Notes under the pieces: generated by a model
Database searches by the model: none
What the model was told of the DNA's origin: nothing
Seen by the model: only the letters and a program-made list of their open reading frames with translations
Shown: positions 62,122 through 64,000 of the stretch, piece after piece
Numbering within the stretch: the first letter of the stretch is position 1
Layout of the letters: each line of letters opens with the position of its first letter
Translations under genes and position numbers: made by a program
NCBI RefSeq assembly: GCF_004010195.1
Contig: NC_057719.1
Location: 39,732,252-39,796,251, forward strand
Direction: 5' to 3'
Source: Chiloscyllium plagiosum
Lineage: Eukaryota
Length of the DNA stretch: 64,000 nucleotides

Positions 62122-62139
62122 GTTGCAGTTAAAATAGCG

Positions 62140-64000
62140 TTAACAGTTAAAGTATTTGTTCCCGTTAGGAGGTGCAGTCGTGCCTTGTTCTGTTATGTTT
62201 TCGGTAGTCTCCCCGGGATGACTGTCTTGTCTGCCTTTGCTGCTTGCATCTGGGGAGTGGTCAATGACATGAGTTTGACAGGAGTCTTTAAACAGTTTTA
62301 GTTGGGTCCAGTGCTTCCATGTGCCTTTTCCTTTAATATCGATGCAGGCCCAGGTGTCCCCGCTTATTACCACATCGTATGGTCCATTCCATTTTGGGAC
62401 AAAGCCTGGTTTGTCGGGCAGTGCTCACACCAGGACGTGGCTTCCTGCTGCTGGGACCTCAGGAAAGACTTTGAGGTCCCCTGCCCTGTCCTTTTTGTCC
62501 TGTTTGTCAATTACAGATTTCTGCATTCCTGTCAATCGGGCACTTAATTCTATGACATATCGCCGAATTTTGTCTTTTAGTGCACCCACATTAGTGCCAC
62601 CTGTGATTATTGTCTCTGGCAATTGCATTGCTTGCCCCATCATTAATTCAGATGGGGTTAGCCCGGTCGTGGTGGCTCTTAATCTCATTAGTATGGCTGG
62701 CAGCACTTCAGCCCATGTTCTGTTTGGGGCCTGCATAGCCTTAGCTAAAGTATTTGTGAGCGTTCTATTCATTCTCTCTACCATCCCTGAGCTCTGGGAG
62801 TGATAGGGGATGTGGAATTTTTGTCTAATGCCGAGTAATTGGCATACAGTCTTCATGGCTCTTCCTGTAAAATATGTCCCTTGGTCAGGGTTGATCTGGA
62901 GGGGCACCCCCCCACCTAGGGATTATCTCCTCTGCTAATATTCTGGCCAGAGTGGTTGCAGTGCAGCTTTTGGTTGGGAATGTTTCTACCCACTGGGTGA
63001 ATTGGTCTATGATGACCAGGCAGTACGTTTTCCCATGGGAAGGTGGTAGTGGCCCTGTAAAATCTATCTGTAAGTGTTCCCAGCGTCCCCTAGGTCTGGG
63101 CTGGTGTCCCATCCTAACTTTTATTGGTCTCCCTGGGTTATGTTGTGCACAAACCATGCAACTGCAGCAGGACTTGGCCACATCTCTTCCCATTCCCTTC
63201 CACTTACCACTCTCTCCCTAGGGTTGCTATTATGGCCTCTCTACCTGTATGGGAGAATCCATGGTGCAGTTCAAGCAATGTGTTCTGTATACATGTTAAT
63301 GCTACCACCTTGTCTGCTCGCCTCCAGAGACCATCTTTCCCTTTGAATGCCCCCCACAGTTTCCGTTGTTCTCTCTCTTCCTGCAGCTGCTGAATTTGGA
63401 TAGCATCTTTTGCTAATTCAATAGAGGCTATTGCAGTCTCGTTATTAGCTTCTTGTTCTCGGGCTTTCTGAGTTGCTTGGTCTGATGCCTGGTTTCCTTT
63501 GAATTTTAGCCAACCTGGGCTCTCTTTTGCTGGCTCCTTTTGATGGGCTTTTATTTTTATTACTGCAGCTTTTTTTGGCTCTTCACTGGCACGCAATAGT
63601 GCCTGACTTCTTAATTGTTGTGAGATAGGGGTTCCCCCCACGGTGGTGAACCCTCTTTTGTCCCATGCCACCATGGACTACACTGAAGGCATATTAACTA
63701 TCTGTATTTATATTCACGGGTTTTTCTTTTGCTAGTTCCAGTGCTTTGGTGAGTGCTACCAGTTCTGCTACCTGTGTGGACAGACTTCCATCAATCCTCC
63801 CGGACATAACTGTTTCTAACTTTTCATCTACCACAGCCTATCCTGTTTGGAGCGACCCTGCTACATAGTTTTGTCACCCGTTCATGAAGAGGGTCTCCTC
63901 AGCTGTGTCTAGGGGGTATCTTTTACTTGCTCTTTATCCTCATCCCCATCTATATCCCCACAGCTCCTCGTTTTCCTGTGTCTATAATTCCCTCAGCTGG
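62140..64000 (-). pseudogene. pol: Retroviral pol: RNase H and integrase, disabled
   Basis: RNase H motifs STQVAELVALTKALELA, TDS, KIKAH, GNQASD. Integrase HHGFSH...CMVC, LQIDF, D-35-E (PDQG...GMVER), WNGPY (GPY/F). Contains stops and frameshifts. Confidence 0.93.

Larger units (their letters stand above)
61058..64000 (-). mobile_element. Endogenous retrovirus remnant (pol-env), continues beyond the window
   Basis: Order RNase H, integrase, env on one strand; no 3' LTR because the sequence is truncated inside TM. Confidence 0.93.

Noticed and set aside
61058..64000. Intact or domesticated retroviral genes
   Set aside because: Multiple in-frame stops and frameshifts in both pol and env, and TM is truncated.

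Overview
Repeat-dense, AT-rich vertebrate genomic DNA, almost certainly from a shark. The HE1-type SINEs with (TCTAA)n tails, CR1/HER1-type LINEs and Penelope-like elements fit a bamboo/carpet shark, but that is inference. No intact host protein-coding gene is supported, so the window looks intergenic or intronic. Most ORF-track entries are shadows of decayed retroelements. Main highlights: (1) a decayed endogenous retrovirus (RNase H, integrase, gamma-type env) on the minus strand at 61058-64000, running off the window edge; (2) many Penelope pseudo-LTR pieces carrying minimal hammerhead-ribozyme cores, including young hairpin-shaped mini-insertions with target-site duplications; (3) a tRNA-Thr(TGT) gene with an 8-nt anticodon loop, between two SINEs and inside a CR1 LINE; (4) a ~2 kb 23-bp minisatellite with higher-order duplications inside a retroelement-like unit; (5) MITE/foldback elements and a few candidate RFX/CTCF sites. 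Repeat boundaries are read by eye and approximate. Family names come from recalled consensus features, not from database searches.
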